64,000 bases of DNA from Candidatus Gallacutalibacter stercoravium (GCA_018716975.1 DVJE01000040.1:20426-84425), one strand, 5' to 3'; shown: positions 1-8,591, counted from the first letter of the stretch. Program-made: numbers and translations. Notes: a model not told the origin generated them from the sequence alone.

Positions 1-338
1 ACTTTGGGATTGCGCCGGATGAGATCAAAGTCAATATAGGGCAGCAAACGGGCGCTGTCATTGCCGCCAATACAGGAGAAAATTCCTTTTATAGAGGGAT
101 CGGCAAAAGCTTCCATCCAATCGGCGGCGCGCAGTTCTGGGTGCCGGTAAACAAAATCGGAACCGGCCAAAGTGTACGGCATTTCTACCACCTGGAGGCC
201 AAACACCTCTTGCAGCCGGCGCTTGCCCTGCTCATAGCGCCACAAGGTTTGGGGATCGCCGGCACCGCCCCAGGATAAACTGACGGCGGCCACCTTGTCG
301 CCGGCCTGAAGGCGAGGCGGTTTTATCAAATTGAGCAT
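1..338 (-). CDS. LD-carboxypeptidase (peptidase S66, MccF-like), N-terminal part; gene runs off the left edge
   Basis: Absent from the ORF track because it is open at the window edge. On the minus strand, GGAGG (350-346) precedes ATG at 338. My translation is MLNLIKPPRLQAGDKVAAVSLSWGG...IKGIFSCIGGNDSARLLPYIDFDLIRRNPK, typical of the S66 N-terminus. Track ORF 232-420 is in another frame and looks spurious. Confidence 0.65.
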   Translation of the reverse strand, partial: MLNLIKPPRLQAGDKVAAVSLSWGGAGDPQTLWRYEQGKRRLQEVFGLQVVEMPYTLAGSDFVYRHPELRAADWMEAFADPSIKGIFSCIGGNDSARLLPYIDFDLIRRNPK

Positions 339-430
339 CCATATGCCTCCATCCGCGTTTTAAGATTTGTTGGTATGGCAAAAGGCCGGCCCGGTGTTTG
401 GCCAGGCCGGCCCAGCCCAAAAGGCTTAGC

Positions 431-1516
431 TTAAATTACTTCCAGATAGTCTTTATCCGGCAAAGCGGGGAAGGGAGCGGTGGGCAGCACCTGGTACCAA
501 TAGGCTACCGAGGCAATGTCGTCTTGCAAAGGAAGATAACGGCCGCCTTCACGCCAGCCCAGCGCTTGGATGGTTACCTTCAAATCGGTGTCAAACCGGA
601 TCGGATCCATAATGTGCCAGCGGTACATGCCAAAGCGCTCTTGGCTCTTGTAAACCCCATCGGGTTCAATCACCTGGTGCAGCCCGGAATAAGGGGTAGT
701 AAAGGGCTGATAGCGGTGGGTTTCTTGGTTTTCAAAGTTGTAGGAACCGCAGAAATAATCCTCAGTGCCCGTGCCGCAAATAGTGGGGTACTCGCTGTCG
801 CCATCCATGTAGAATTTAATTTCGCCTTCACCCCACCAGCCGCGGTTATTTACCTGCCAAGCCATATAGGTGCCCACATATTGGCCTTTGCCCTTTACGC
901 CGTCTAGAATGGTGTAAACATCTTTATAGGGCAGGGGGTTCACCCGGCGGAACTGAGCGTGGAAATAAGCGGCGTCGTCGGGGACCTCGGTGAGGGTGTA
1001 GTCAATTTGATAATACATCACAACAGATTCCTCACTGCGGTTTTCCAAAGACATGCGGCAACGCTTGCGGAAAGGCATCTGCCAGTAGCAGTTAAAGGCG
1101 CTGCCGGGGTTAACGCACACCGCCAGAGAGGAAAGCTGGGCATACTCGTTCCAACCGCTGGCAAAAAAGTCGCCAATGGGGCACTCCACAGACGGGATCT
1201 CTTGATCATCCCAATAAATGCGCAAAATGGTGTTGCGCCATTTGCCCGTGGGGGTTAGCCAAATATGCTGAATGCAGCCGGGGCCTTCAATGTCGGCCAG
1301 GGGGAATACTTCGCCGGGTTGCAGCACAACAAAGGGGTTTACCTTCCAGCCCTTGCCCAGATCACGGGCGGCATTTTTGGCAAAGCCCTTTTCCAGCTCG
1401 CACATGCCGCCGGCGCCCTTTTTGCCGTCGTAATTCTCGGGGGAGATGGAGCGAGTTTTGGCGTCGGACACGCGGAACAAATTCCCCATGCCCATGTTTA
1501 GTCCATTAAAATTCAT
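431..1516 (-). CDS. DUF2961 / glycoside hydrolase family 172 protein
   Basis: 361-aa ORF with family-typical stretches: WLTPTGKWRNTILRIYWD, GWWGEGEIKFYMDGD, ICGTGTEDYF. Confidence 0.8.
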   Translation of the reverse strand: MNFNGLNMGMGNLFRVSDAKTRSISPENYDGKKGAGGMCELEKGFAKNAARDLGKGWKVNPFVVLQPGEVFPLADIEGPGCIQHIWLTPTGKWRNTILRIYWDDQEIPSVECPIGDFFASGWNEYAQLSSLAVCVNPGSAFNCYWQMPFRKRCRMSLENRSEESVVMYYQIDYTLTEVPDDAAYFHAQFRRVNPLPYKDVYTILDGVKGKGQYVGTYMAWQVNNRGWWGEGEIKFYMDGDSEYPTICGTGTEDYFCGSYNFENQETHRYQPFTTPYSGLHQVIEPDGVYKSQERFGMYRWHIMDPIRFDTDLKVTIQALGWREGGRYLPLQDDIASVAYWYQVLPTAPFPALPDKDYLEVI

Positions 1517-1645
1517 GTCTTTTACACGCCTTTCCTTAAAAAAGATTATTCAGAAAATATTACAAACATCCTTGTCCATTTCCTACAAGATGTTGTATAC
1601 TATAAGCAGTGTGGCATATTATCCGTGGAAAAAGGAGGGATGTCT

Positions 1646-2494
1646 ATGCCTCATAACCAATATATGATAGAAAATTCCAAAAAGGCGAATTTGCAGCTGG
1701 AGCCGGAACTCATTTATACCGGCCGGGTATGCGACGCCCCTCACTGGTTTAATGTGAAGCATTCTCATGATTTTTGTGAGATTTTATATGTATCCGGCGG
1801 AGCGGGGAGCGCCATTGTAGACGGCAAAAACTACGAGCTGCATCCGGGAGATCTGGTTATTTTAAACCCGGGTATTTCTCATGAAGAACGCTCAGATGAA
1901 GAAAACCCATTGGTTCTTATTTTTTTGGGCATTCGTGATTTTACCCTGCCGGGATTCCCCCCGTGCCATTTGTTGGAGAAAAACCGTGAGCCCGTGATCC
2001 CCTGTGGAGAATACCGGTACCGGATGGATGTCTATTTTGAAGAATTGCTGCTGGAATCCTCTAACCAGGTGCGTTATTACCAACAAATTACGCGCAGCCT
2101 TGTTTCGGCCATCTTGGTGCTGATTATGCGAATTATGTGCATCAATACGCCGGGTGAAACCGTGTTAAGCGAGGAGTGCAGCAGAATTAAGCAGTACCTG
2201 GATCAAAATTATACCTCGCCCATCACGCTGGATTCCCTTTCTGAAACGGTTTATATCAGCAAGCATTACCTATCGCACATGTTCAAAGAGCAAACGGGCA
2301 CTTCGCCGATAAAATATTTGACCTCGCGAAGGATTTCTAAGGCCTGCGAGCTGCTTACCACAACCACGATGCCCATATCAGAGGTAAGCAAATCGGTGGG
2401 CTATGAAAACCCGCTGTATTTTAGCCAAGTGTTTAAAAAATTGCAAGGGGTGTCTCCGGCGGAATACCGGGCCAATAAAACAACATCTCATTAA
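1646..2494 (+). CDS. AraC family transcriptional regulator (N-terminal cupin, C-terminal HTH)
   Basis: C-terminus ISKHYLSHMFKEQTGTSPIKYLTSRRISKACELL...GYENPLYFSQVFKK is a classic AraC HTH. AGGAGGG sits 7 nt before the ATG at 1646; the track ORF starts at 1625. Divergent from the GH172 gene. Confidence 0.85.
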   Translation: MPHNQYMIENSKKANLQLEPELIYTGRVCDAPHWFNVKHSHDFCEILYVSGGAGSAIVDGKNYELHPGDLVILNPGISHEERSDEENPLVLIFLGIRDFTLPGFPPCHLLEKNREPVIPCGEYRYRMDVYFEELLLESSNQVRYYQQITRSLVSAILVLIMRIMCINTPGETVLSEECSRIKQYLDQNYTSPITLDSLSETVYISKHYLSHMFKEQTGTSPIKYLTSRRISKACELLTTTTMPISEVSKSVGYENPLYFSQVFKKLQGVSPAEYRANKTTSH

Positions 2495-2623
2495 AAATTA
2501 GATGTTTTGTAGTTATTGTAGCGTTATACCATTGTTTTCGCTATACTTAATTTTGCTATTTTACAATTGAAATTGTGTGATCCAGCCTTGCAAATTTGCT
2601 GTTTTGCAATTGTGTTTAGACGG

Positions 2624-2701
2624 TTAATCGCTGCTCATACATAAACAGGCGTAAACCGCTACCAAAATGATAAGGCAAAAGGCACAAATCAATATCGCCA
2701 T
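2624..2701 (-). CDS. Candidate 25-aa hydrophobic Cys-rich membrane peptide (MAILICAFCLIILVAVYACLCMSSD)
   Basis: On the minus strand, AAGGAGGG is followed by 8 nt and then ATG at 2701, with TAA at 2626-2624. It lies inside a 66-aa track ORF whose N-terminal part looks non-coding. There is no homology evidence. Confidence 0.3.
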   Translation of the reverse strand: MAILICAFCLIILVAVYACLCMSSD

Positions 2702-2857
2702 ACCGGCGGCCCTCCTTTGCGCATAGGTGCTGGTGTACAAAAAACGATAGATACCTTTCAATATATGCGCGGTAATGTTGGAGTTGACCGTTTGCTTTGT
2801 AAACCGGTGTGTTTTTTCATGCAAGGCAAATTCATAAGAATAGGAGAAGATTTTTTA

Positions 2858-3349
2858 ATGGCATTTATCATTCGACCTGCCCGTGAAGAGGACACAGCCG
2901 CCATTTTTGGCATGATCTGTGAACTGGCCGACTACGAAAAAATGAGCAGCGATGTTGTCGCCACTGAGGCGATGCTGCGCAGTGAAATTTTTGAGAAGAA
3001 AAGCGTAGAAGTATTGATAGGGGAATTAGACGGCACAGCGGTGGCTTTCGCTCTCTATTTCTATAATTTTTCCACGTTTTTGGGGCGCAGAGGTCTGTAT
3101 TTGGAGGATGTGTTTGTGCGCCAGCCGTATCGCGGCAGGGGCTTTGGCCGGCAAATGCTACACCGGTTGGCTGAGCGGGCGGTGGAACAGGGATGCGGCA
3201 GGATGGAGTGGTCTTGCCTAGATTGGAATGAACCCTCCATCAAATTTTACCGCTCCTTGGGCGCAGAGGCTATGGATCAGTGGACGGTTTATCGCCTAAC
3301 AGGTGATAAACTCATCAATTTTGCAAAAGAAGAACCCAAATGCCAATAA
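2858..3349 (+). CDS. GNAT family N-acetyltransferase (diamine/spermidine acetyltransferase-like)
   Basis: Acetyl-CoA motif region VRQPYRGRGFGRQMLHRLAE. AGGAGAAG lies upstream of the ATG at 2858 (MAFIIRPAREED...). Confidence 0.8.
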   Translation: MAFIIRPAREEDTAAIFGMICELADYEKMSSDVVATEAMLRSEIFEKKSVEVLIGELDGTAVAFALYFYNFSTFLGRRGLYLEDVFVRQPYRGRGFGRQMLHRLAERAVEQGCGRMEWSCLDWNEPSIKFYRSLGAEAMDQWTVYRLTGDKLINFAKEEPKCQ

Positions 3350-3388
3350 GTTTTTTGTTTTATTGCTGTAACTGCATATTGCAACAAA

Positions 3389-3424
3389 GGCCCTTTCTTC
3401 CCAAAAGAAGAAGGGGCCTTTTTC
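3389..3424 (+). terminator. Rho-independent terminator after the GNAT gene
   Basis: GGCCCTTTCTTC-ccaaaa-GAAGAAGGGGCC followed by TTTTTC. Confidence 0.75.
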
Positions 3425-3489
3425 TATGCCGGCCATTGGGTAAATTTACCTCTAGAATTTATGCAAGAGGAGTTTATAATATAGATATA

Positions 3490-3501
3490 GAACATGCGTT
3501 C
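3490..3501 (+). promoter_or_regulatory. LexA (Cheo-type SOS) box GAACATGCGTTC
   Basis: Perfect GAAC-N4-GTTC palindrome. It lies 9 nt downstream of TATAAT (3475-3480) and 20 nt upstream of the Y-family polymerase start. Confidence 0.7.
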
Positions 3502-3521
3502 TGTTTTCGGAGGTGACCATA

Positions 3522-4763
3522 ATGGAACGTATTATTTTGCATAGCGATTGCAATAGTTTTTACGCCAGTGTAGAATGCCTGCATCGCCCAGAAATCCGGC
3601 GGCTACCGGTGGCAGTGGGCGGGGATGTAGCGCAACGTCACGGCATTATTTTGGCAAAAAATCAATTGGCTAAGCGCTGTGGTGTGCAAACGGGCGAGGC
3701 GCTTTGGCAGGCTAAGCAAAAATGCGCTGATTTGGTTATCGTACCGCCTCGTTACGATTTATACCTGCGTTTCTCCCGGCTGGCCCAACAGATCTATCTA
3801 GATTATACGGATCAGGTGGAGCCCTTCGGGCTGGACGAGGCCTGGCTTGACGTTACCGGTTCCCGCTGTATCAAAGGGGATGGGAAGACGATTGCCCAGG
3901 AAATCCGCCGCAGGGTGAAACAGGAACTGGGCATTACGGTTAGCATTGGCGTAAGCTTTAACAAAGTGTTTGCCAAGCTGGGCAGCGATTATCAAAAGCC
4001 CGATGCCGTTACTGCAATTGGCCGCGAGAACTACCGGAAAATTGCCTGGCCCCTGCCGGTGCGCGATCTGCTGTATGTGGGCCCCGCCACTGAGCAACGG
4101 TTGCGGCGCTATGGAGTTCGCACCATCGGCGCGCTGGCCGCCTTGCCGATACAAACCCTGCGCGCCGAATTTGGCAAGGTGGGGGAAATCCTGTGGGCAT
4201 TTGCCAACGGCTACGATGCCTCCCCGGTGGAACGCTACGATAACCAGCCTACGGTGAAAAGCGTGGGCAATTCCACTACGGCGCCCCGGGATTTGTGCAA
4301 TAACGAGGATGTAAAAATTGTGCTGTTGGTATTGGCCGACAGCGTGTGCCGCCGTTTGCGAGAGCAGGGCTTTCAGGGAAAAACCGTGCATATCAATGTG
4401 CGGGATAACCGCTTGCTTTCCTTTACAAAGCAAATAAGTTTGCACCGCTATACAAACCTTACGGAAGAAATCGCTCGGGCTGCCTATCGATTATTTGCGG
4501 CTAGCTACCATTGGCGGTTCCCGGTGCGCAGCGTCGGCATTAGTGTTTCTTCCCTAACGGGTGACAGCGCAGCGACCCAAACCAGTTTGTTTGAGTCGCC
4601 GCAACGGTTGGAAAGGCAGCAACGGTTAAACAGCGCAGTGGACAGCATCAAAAGCCGGTTTGGTTCTTATGCCGTGCAGCCCGCTTTGCTGCTTAAGGAT
4701 CCCACCCTGTCTCACTTCGATCCAAAACAAGAGCACATTATCCATCCGGTAGGATATTTTTAA
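3522..4763 (+). CDS. dinB: Y-family DNA polymerase (DinB/Pol IV-like)
   Basis: N-terminus MERIILHSDCNSFYASVECLHRPEIRRLPVAVGGD and the FGLDEAWLDVTG motif. GGAGG lies 8 nt before the ATG at 3522; the track ORF starts at GTG 3513. Confidence 0.9.
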   Translation: MERIILHSDCNSFYASVECLHRPEIRRLPVAVGGDVAQRHGIILAKNQLAKRCGVQTGEALWQAKQKCADLVIVPPRYDLYLRFSRLAQQIYLDYTDQVEPFGLDEAWLDVTGSRCIKGDGKTIAQEIRRRVKQELGITVSIGVSFNKVFAKLGSDYQKPDAVTAIGRENYRKIAWPLPVRDLLYVGPATEQRLRRYGVRTIGALAALPIQTLRAEFGKVGEILWAFANGYDASPVERYDNQPTVKSVGNSTTAPRDLCNNEDVKIVLLVLADSVCRRLREQGFQGKTVHINVRDNRLLSFTKQISLHRYTNLTEEIARAAYRLFAASYHWRFPVRSVGISVSSLTGDSAATQTSLFESPQRLERQQRLNSAVDSIKSRFGSYAVQPALLLKDPTLSHFDPKQEHIIHPVGYF

Positions 4764-4781
4764 AAGGAGGAATGGCACGCT

Positions 4782-5021
4782 ATGTTGCGCAAAAAATATG
4801 TGGGCGTTGAGGCGTACTTTCGGGAAGACGGCACCATTCTGCCCAGCAAAGTCAATTGGGAGGACGGCAGGGTTTACCCGATTGACAAGGTGCTGGATAT
4901 CCGCCCCGCTGCCAGCTTAAAGGCGGGCGGGGCCGGCATTCGCTACACCTGCCGGATTGCCGGGCGCGTAAAATACATTTGGTTGGAAGAAACGCGGTGG
5001 TTTGTGGAGGCAAAGGAATAA
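4782..5021 (+). CDS. 79-aa protein of unknown function, co-transcribed with the Y-family polymerase
   Basis: AAGGAGGAA lies upstream of the ATG, 18 nt after the dinB stop. Its TAA (5019-5021) is followed 1 nt later by the ATG (5023) of the SRAP remnant. I do not recognise a family. Confidence 0.55.
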   Translation: MLRKKYVGVEAYFREDGTILPSKVNWEDGRVYPIDKVLDIRPAASLKAGGAGIRYTCRIAGRVKYIWLEETRWFVEAKE

Positions 5022-5022
5022 T

Positions 5023-5350
5023 ATGTGCGGAAGGTTATCCATCATTTATCAATGGGAATATCACGAAGTTTTAGAAACTATCAAACAGTCTGAGCAGGGT
5101 AACAGAATGGGCCCAGCGGCCACAGGCGAGAGATCCCCACCGATACGGTTCCTATTATGACGGCTATAACGGCAAAGGGTGGCGTCCTTCGCACCCAAGC
5201 CGCCGGGTGGAGATAGGGAAAGGGGGAGATATCAACGCCTGCTGGACAGCTGGTTTTGACCAATATCGCTGCGATGTGCCACCACCTGCTTTTATGAGCA
5301 AAAGCAGGTGCCCGCAGGTGAGGAGTGCAAACAATTTAACTTTCTCTTTA
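5023..5350 (+). pseudogene. Decayed SOS-response-associated peptidase (SRAP / YedK-HMCES family) gene
   Basis: Starts MCGRLS (SRAP catalytic Cys2). Colinear SRAP-like pieces appear in three different frames: IPTDTVPIMT, AAGW then TAG, DINA, and RC..P...CFYEQK...KQFNFLF. The C-terminal half is missing. Confidence 0.55.
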
Positions 5351-5353
5351 AAG

Positions 5354-5394
5354 AACAAAAAGCGGCAGATTACCCCATGTTGGTAATCTGCCGC
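5354..5394 (-). terminator. Terminator of the NUDIX gene
   Basis: GCGGCAGATTACC / GGTAATCTGCCGC hairpin followed on the minus strand by TTTTTG. Confidence 0.7.
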
Positions 5395-5436
5395 TCTGTT
5401 ACAGAAAGCAGTCTTCGCCGATATATTGGCTTTTCG

Positions 5437-5913
5437 TTATTCGTATTCCGTCAAAAGGGTGAGTTCGTTGGGCAAACAGAAAATACGTTCTTTCAAAAAC
5501 AGCGGATAAAAATACTCTTCTTTTAACCTTTCAAAGGCAAGCCACACAAACTCGTGGGTATGCTTACCCTCTGGAATGATGAAACGCTCCCCTTTGGAAA
5601 GCAAATCCGTCTTGGAAACATCCAACAAAAAGTATAGGCATAGCTCATGGAACTTTTCTTGATCCACATCTTCAACAAAGAAGCTCTGATTCAGCCAAAG
5701 AGGGCGAAGGATTTCGGCATCGATTTGCAGCTCTTCTTTCACTTCGCGTAACACCGCCTGCTGTGCGGTTTCATGCAGTTGAACCCTGCCGCCGGGCAAA
5801 TAATAATACGGGGAGCGCTCATCGTGCATTGCTAGAATATGCCCGTTATGGAGAATAAGCGCGCCAACCCTGTAATTAAATCTGCCTTCTTCCGTTTTAA
5901 AGGTAATATCCAT
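5437..5913 (-). CDS. NUDIX hydrolase
   Basis: Nudix box GGRVQLHETAQQAVLREVKEELQI (GX5EX7REVXEEXG). Confidence 0.85.
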   Translation of the reverse strand: MDITFKTEEGRFNYRVGALILHNGHILAMHDERSPYYYLPGGRVQLHETAQQAVLREVKEELQIDAEILRPLWLNQSFFVEDVDQEKFHELCLYFLLDVSKTDLLSKGERFIIPEGKHTHEFVWLAFERLKEEYFYPLFLKERIFCLPNELTLLTEYE

Positions 5914-6080
5914 TTGCCTGCACCTTCCTTTTTTCTATTCATACGCCGTTACTTTTCAACAAAAATCATGTTGGTGAAACCGTTAACGGCGGCGTTTGGC
6001 CATTTTTTCATATGGTTTACCACCGGATCCTATAAAAAGGAAGTTCCGCTTGCAGCCACTTATCATACTGCAAGGCGATA

Positions 6081-6128
6081 TAAAAATAAAGGCTGAACCA
6101 GAAACACAAGATGCATTCGGGTTCAGCC
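6081..6128 (-). terminator. Terminator directly after tRNA-Arg
   Basis: GGCTGAACC / GGTTCAGCC hairpin abutting the tRNA 3' end. A T-rich tail follows on the minus strand. Confidence 0.65.
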
Positions 6129-6203
6129 TGGCACCCCCGACCAGAATCGAACTGATAACAACCCCTTAGGAGGGGGCTATTATATCCATTTAACTACGGG
6201 GGC
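6129..6203 (-). tRNA. tRNA-Arg (anticodon CCU)
   Basis: Hand-folded 75-nt cloverleaf. Acceptor GCCCCCG/CGGGGGT, anticodon loop CT-CCT-AA, T-loop TTCGATT, encoded CCA. Confidence 0.85.
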
Positions 6204-6331
6204 ATTGTTAATATTTATCACGCAGCAGGATACTGTTATATTCGTATAGAACCTGCGGACTTTTATTTTACCGCACACAATACGCTTTGTCAATCGTCGG
6301 TAACAAAATAGAAAGAGATAATCGCATTTTA

Positions 6332-6360
6332 TTGAAATAATTAAATTTTCATGCTATAAT
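6332..6360 (+). promoter_or_regulatory. Sigma-A type promoter TTGAAA-N17-TATAAT
   Basis: Near-consensus hexamers with 17-nt spacing, about 30 nt upstream of the 6391 ORF. Confidence 0.6.
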
Positions 6361-6390
6361 TAATTTAAAATCATTATCTAAAATGAAAGG

Positions 6391-6810
6391 ATGACGCTCA
6401 TGGGTGGAAAACATCTTTTGCAGCTAACCGAATCCCTTTATCCATACAGTAACACCAACGCTGAACCTTCTGTGGAGGAACTGGCCGAAGCTTCGATGGG
6501 ATTGCCCGCTGGCCGCCCCAAGAGAAATAGGGGAGTTCCTCCTGTGATGCTGGCGTCTTTGGTGAACCACGTTTTGACCGATCGCCAGCGGGATTGCGTG
6601 CTGCTATATTACTATCAACATCAGAATATGCAGCAAATTGCCGATTGTCTTCAGCTTAACGTTTCCACCGTTTGCCGCCACTTGCAGCGCGCGCGCAAAC
6701 GCCTGGGCGCCGTTTTATCTTTTTATTTTCCAGATCAGCAAGATATACAGCTGGCTGCAAAACAAAAGGTAAAAGAAACAGGCGCAGACAAGCCGCGCCT
6801 GTTGTCTTAA
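6391..6810 (+). CDS. Small sigma-70 region-4-only HTH protein
   Basis: LTDRQRDCVLLYYYQHQNMQQIADCLQLNVSTVCRHLQRARKRL is a sigma70 r4_2-type HTH. No region 2 is present. An alternative start exists at 6400. Confidence 0.65.
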   Translation: MTLMGGKHLLQLTESLYPYSNTNAEPSVEELAEASMGLPAGRPKRNRGVPPVMLASLVNHVLTDRQRDCVLLYYYQHQNMQQIADCLQLNVSTVCRHLQRARKRLGAVLSFYFPDQQDIQLAAKQKVKETGADKPRLLS

Positions 6811-6836
6811 CTTTGTGGGTTGCCCTGCCAAATCGC

Positions 6837-8591
6837 CTATTCTTGGCGCATTTGCTCCACCAGCGCGCGATCGGGCGTGGCGTAAATCGTTTTGTAATCC
6901 ACATAAATAACCCGGCCGGGCTTGGCGCCTTGCGGTTTGTTAACATGGCGCACCTGGGTGTAATCCACCGGCACTTGGGAGGATTCCCTCGCCTTGCTGT
7001 GCCACGCGGCCAGCTGAGCGGCGGCTACCAAGTCCGCTTCAGCAGGTGTGCGGCCTTCGGTGACTAAGATAACATGCGAGCCCGGTATATTTTTGGTGTG
7101 GAACCAAATATCGCGGTTATCCGCCTGCTTTAAGGTGAGCTTGTCGTTTTGCCGGTTGTTCCTTCCCACCAAAACAGTAAAGCCGCCGGCAGTTGTAAAG
7201 CGCATAGGCCCCAGTAACGGCGGTTGCTTTTGCTTCCCCTTGGGCGTACGCAAAAACCCTTGCTCCGAAAGCTCTTGCCGGATCTCGGCCAACTCACGCT
7301 CGGTTTCGGCTCTGCTTAACGCATCAAAAACCGTATCGATATAATCTAAATCTTCACGGGCCTGTTGAATTTGCTGGGCCAGCACCGTTTCAGCTGTGCG
7401 CGCCTTGCGGTAATCCTTGTAATACTTTTGGGCGTTTTGCGATGCGGTAAGCGCCGGATCCAACTTGATGCGCAGGGGCTTCATATCGTCATAAAAGTTC
7501 TCTAGCTCCACTTGAGAAGCGCCCTTTTCCACCCGATACAGGTTGGCGTTGAGTAAATCTCCGCAAACCCGCAGCGTGTCGCGATCGGCGCAGTGCTTGA
7601 GTTCCTCCTGCTGTAGGTTGATTTTGCGGCTGAGCCGATCAGAAACGTTGGTAAGCAAGCGCAGCAAATCCAGCGACCGGGCGTGCATACGCTCCAACCG
7701 ATCCCGCTGTTCATAAAAAGCATCTAACAGTTGGGAAAAGCTGGCGCATTGGCTCACCACTGCAGCGCGGCCATATTGGGTAATATTGCGAAAAGAAAAT
7801 TCCAGCGGTTTGCCCTCAGGCAAAGTTACGATATAGGGCTGCCCGGATTTTTGACGCACCGTTTCAAACAAATCGCCTAAAAAGAACAGCAACCGTTCCC
7901 TTTGCTGGCTGCTCATTTCGCGCACTGCAACATCCGCGCCCCGCCCAACTAAAAATTCGATCTCCCGGCAAACCACGGGCGAAACGCCTTGTAAGGCGTT
8001 CAGCAACGCTTTAGCCAAATGCTCGTTTTTTCCCGCTTCTATACGCTGTACCGCTTGCTCGGGCGTACTATTCAGCATACACAGCTTATCTTGAGGCGGC
8101 GGAAGCTCATAGCGCAGCCCGGGCAACACCAAGCGCTGCGAAGACATTTCTGCATCCACCCGTTTGAGGGCATCAATAATCTTGCCATCCTGATCCACCA
8201 GGATGGCATTGCTGTATTTGCCCATAATTTCTACCGCTAGGCGCAGCCGTACGGAATCCCCTAGTTCGTTGACTGCATCAAAATCCAGATACAGCATGCG
8301 CTCCAAATCCGGCTGGCTAATCTCTGCCAGCTTGGCCCCCGTTAGCCTTTTGCGTAACAGCATGCACAGCATGGGCGGCACCGAAGGATTTTCTGGAGCA
8401 GACGTAATAAAATGAACTCGCGGGCTATTTGCCCGCGCCGAAATCAAAAGCTTAAGCATTTCTTGCCGGGTGCGCAACGCCAACACCAGTTCATCCCGGT
8501 TGGGCTGGTAAATTTTATCCACCCGGGCGCCAATAGCCTTTTGCGAAATTTCTGCAATGATATGCCGCAAAAAAGCGCCGTCTAAAGCCAT
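6837..8591 (-). CDS. rqcH: Ribosome quality-control protein RqcH (NFACT / FbpA family)
   Basis: NFACT-N start MALDGAFLRHIIAEISQKAIGARVDKIYQPNRDELVL. C-terminal DUF814 stretch DIWFHTKNIPGSHVIL. Confidence 0.85.
   Translation of the reverse strand: MALDGAFLRHIIAEISQKAIGARVDKIYQPNRDELVLALRTRQEMLKLLISARANSPRVHFITSAPENPSVPPMLCMLLRKRLTGAKLAEISQPDLERMLYLDFDAVNELGDSVRLRLAVEIMGKYSNAILVDQDGKIIDALKRVDAEMSSQRLVLPGLRYELPPPQDKLCMLNSTPEQAVQRIEAGKNEHLAKALLNALQGVSPVVCREIEFLVGRGADVAVREMSSQQRERLLFFLGDLFETVRQKSGQPYIVTLPEGKPLEFSFRNITQYGRAAVVSQCASFSQLLDAFYEQRDRLERMHARSLDLLRLLTNVSDRLSRKINLQQEELKHCADRDTLRVCGDLLNANLYRVEKGASQVELENFYDDMKPLRIKLDPALTASQNAQKYYKDYRKARTAETVLAQQIQQAREDLDYIDTVFDALSRAETERELAEIRQELSEQGFLRTPKGKQKQPPLLGPMRFTTAGGFTVLVGRNNRQNDKLTLKQADNRDIWFHTKNIPGSHVILVTEGRTPAEADLVAAAQLAAWHSKARESSQVPVDYTQVRHVNKPQGAKPGRVIYVDYKTIYATPDRALVEQMRQE

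Noticed and set aside
232-420. 62-aa minus-strand track ORF
   Set aside because: It is in a different frame from the S66 LD-carboxypeptidase reading frame, which starts at 338 behind the same GGAGG. Its translation is Arg/Gly-rich nonsense.
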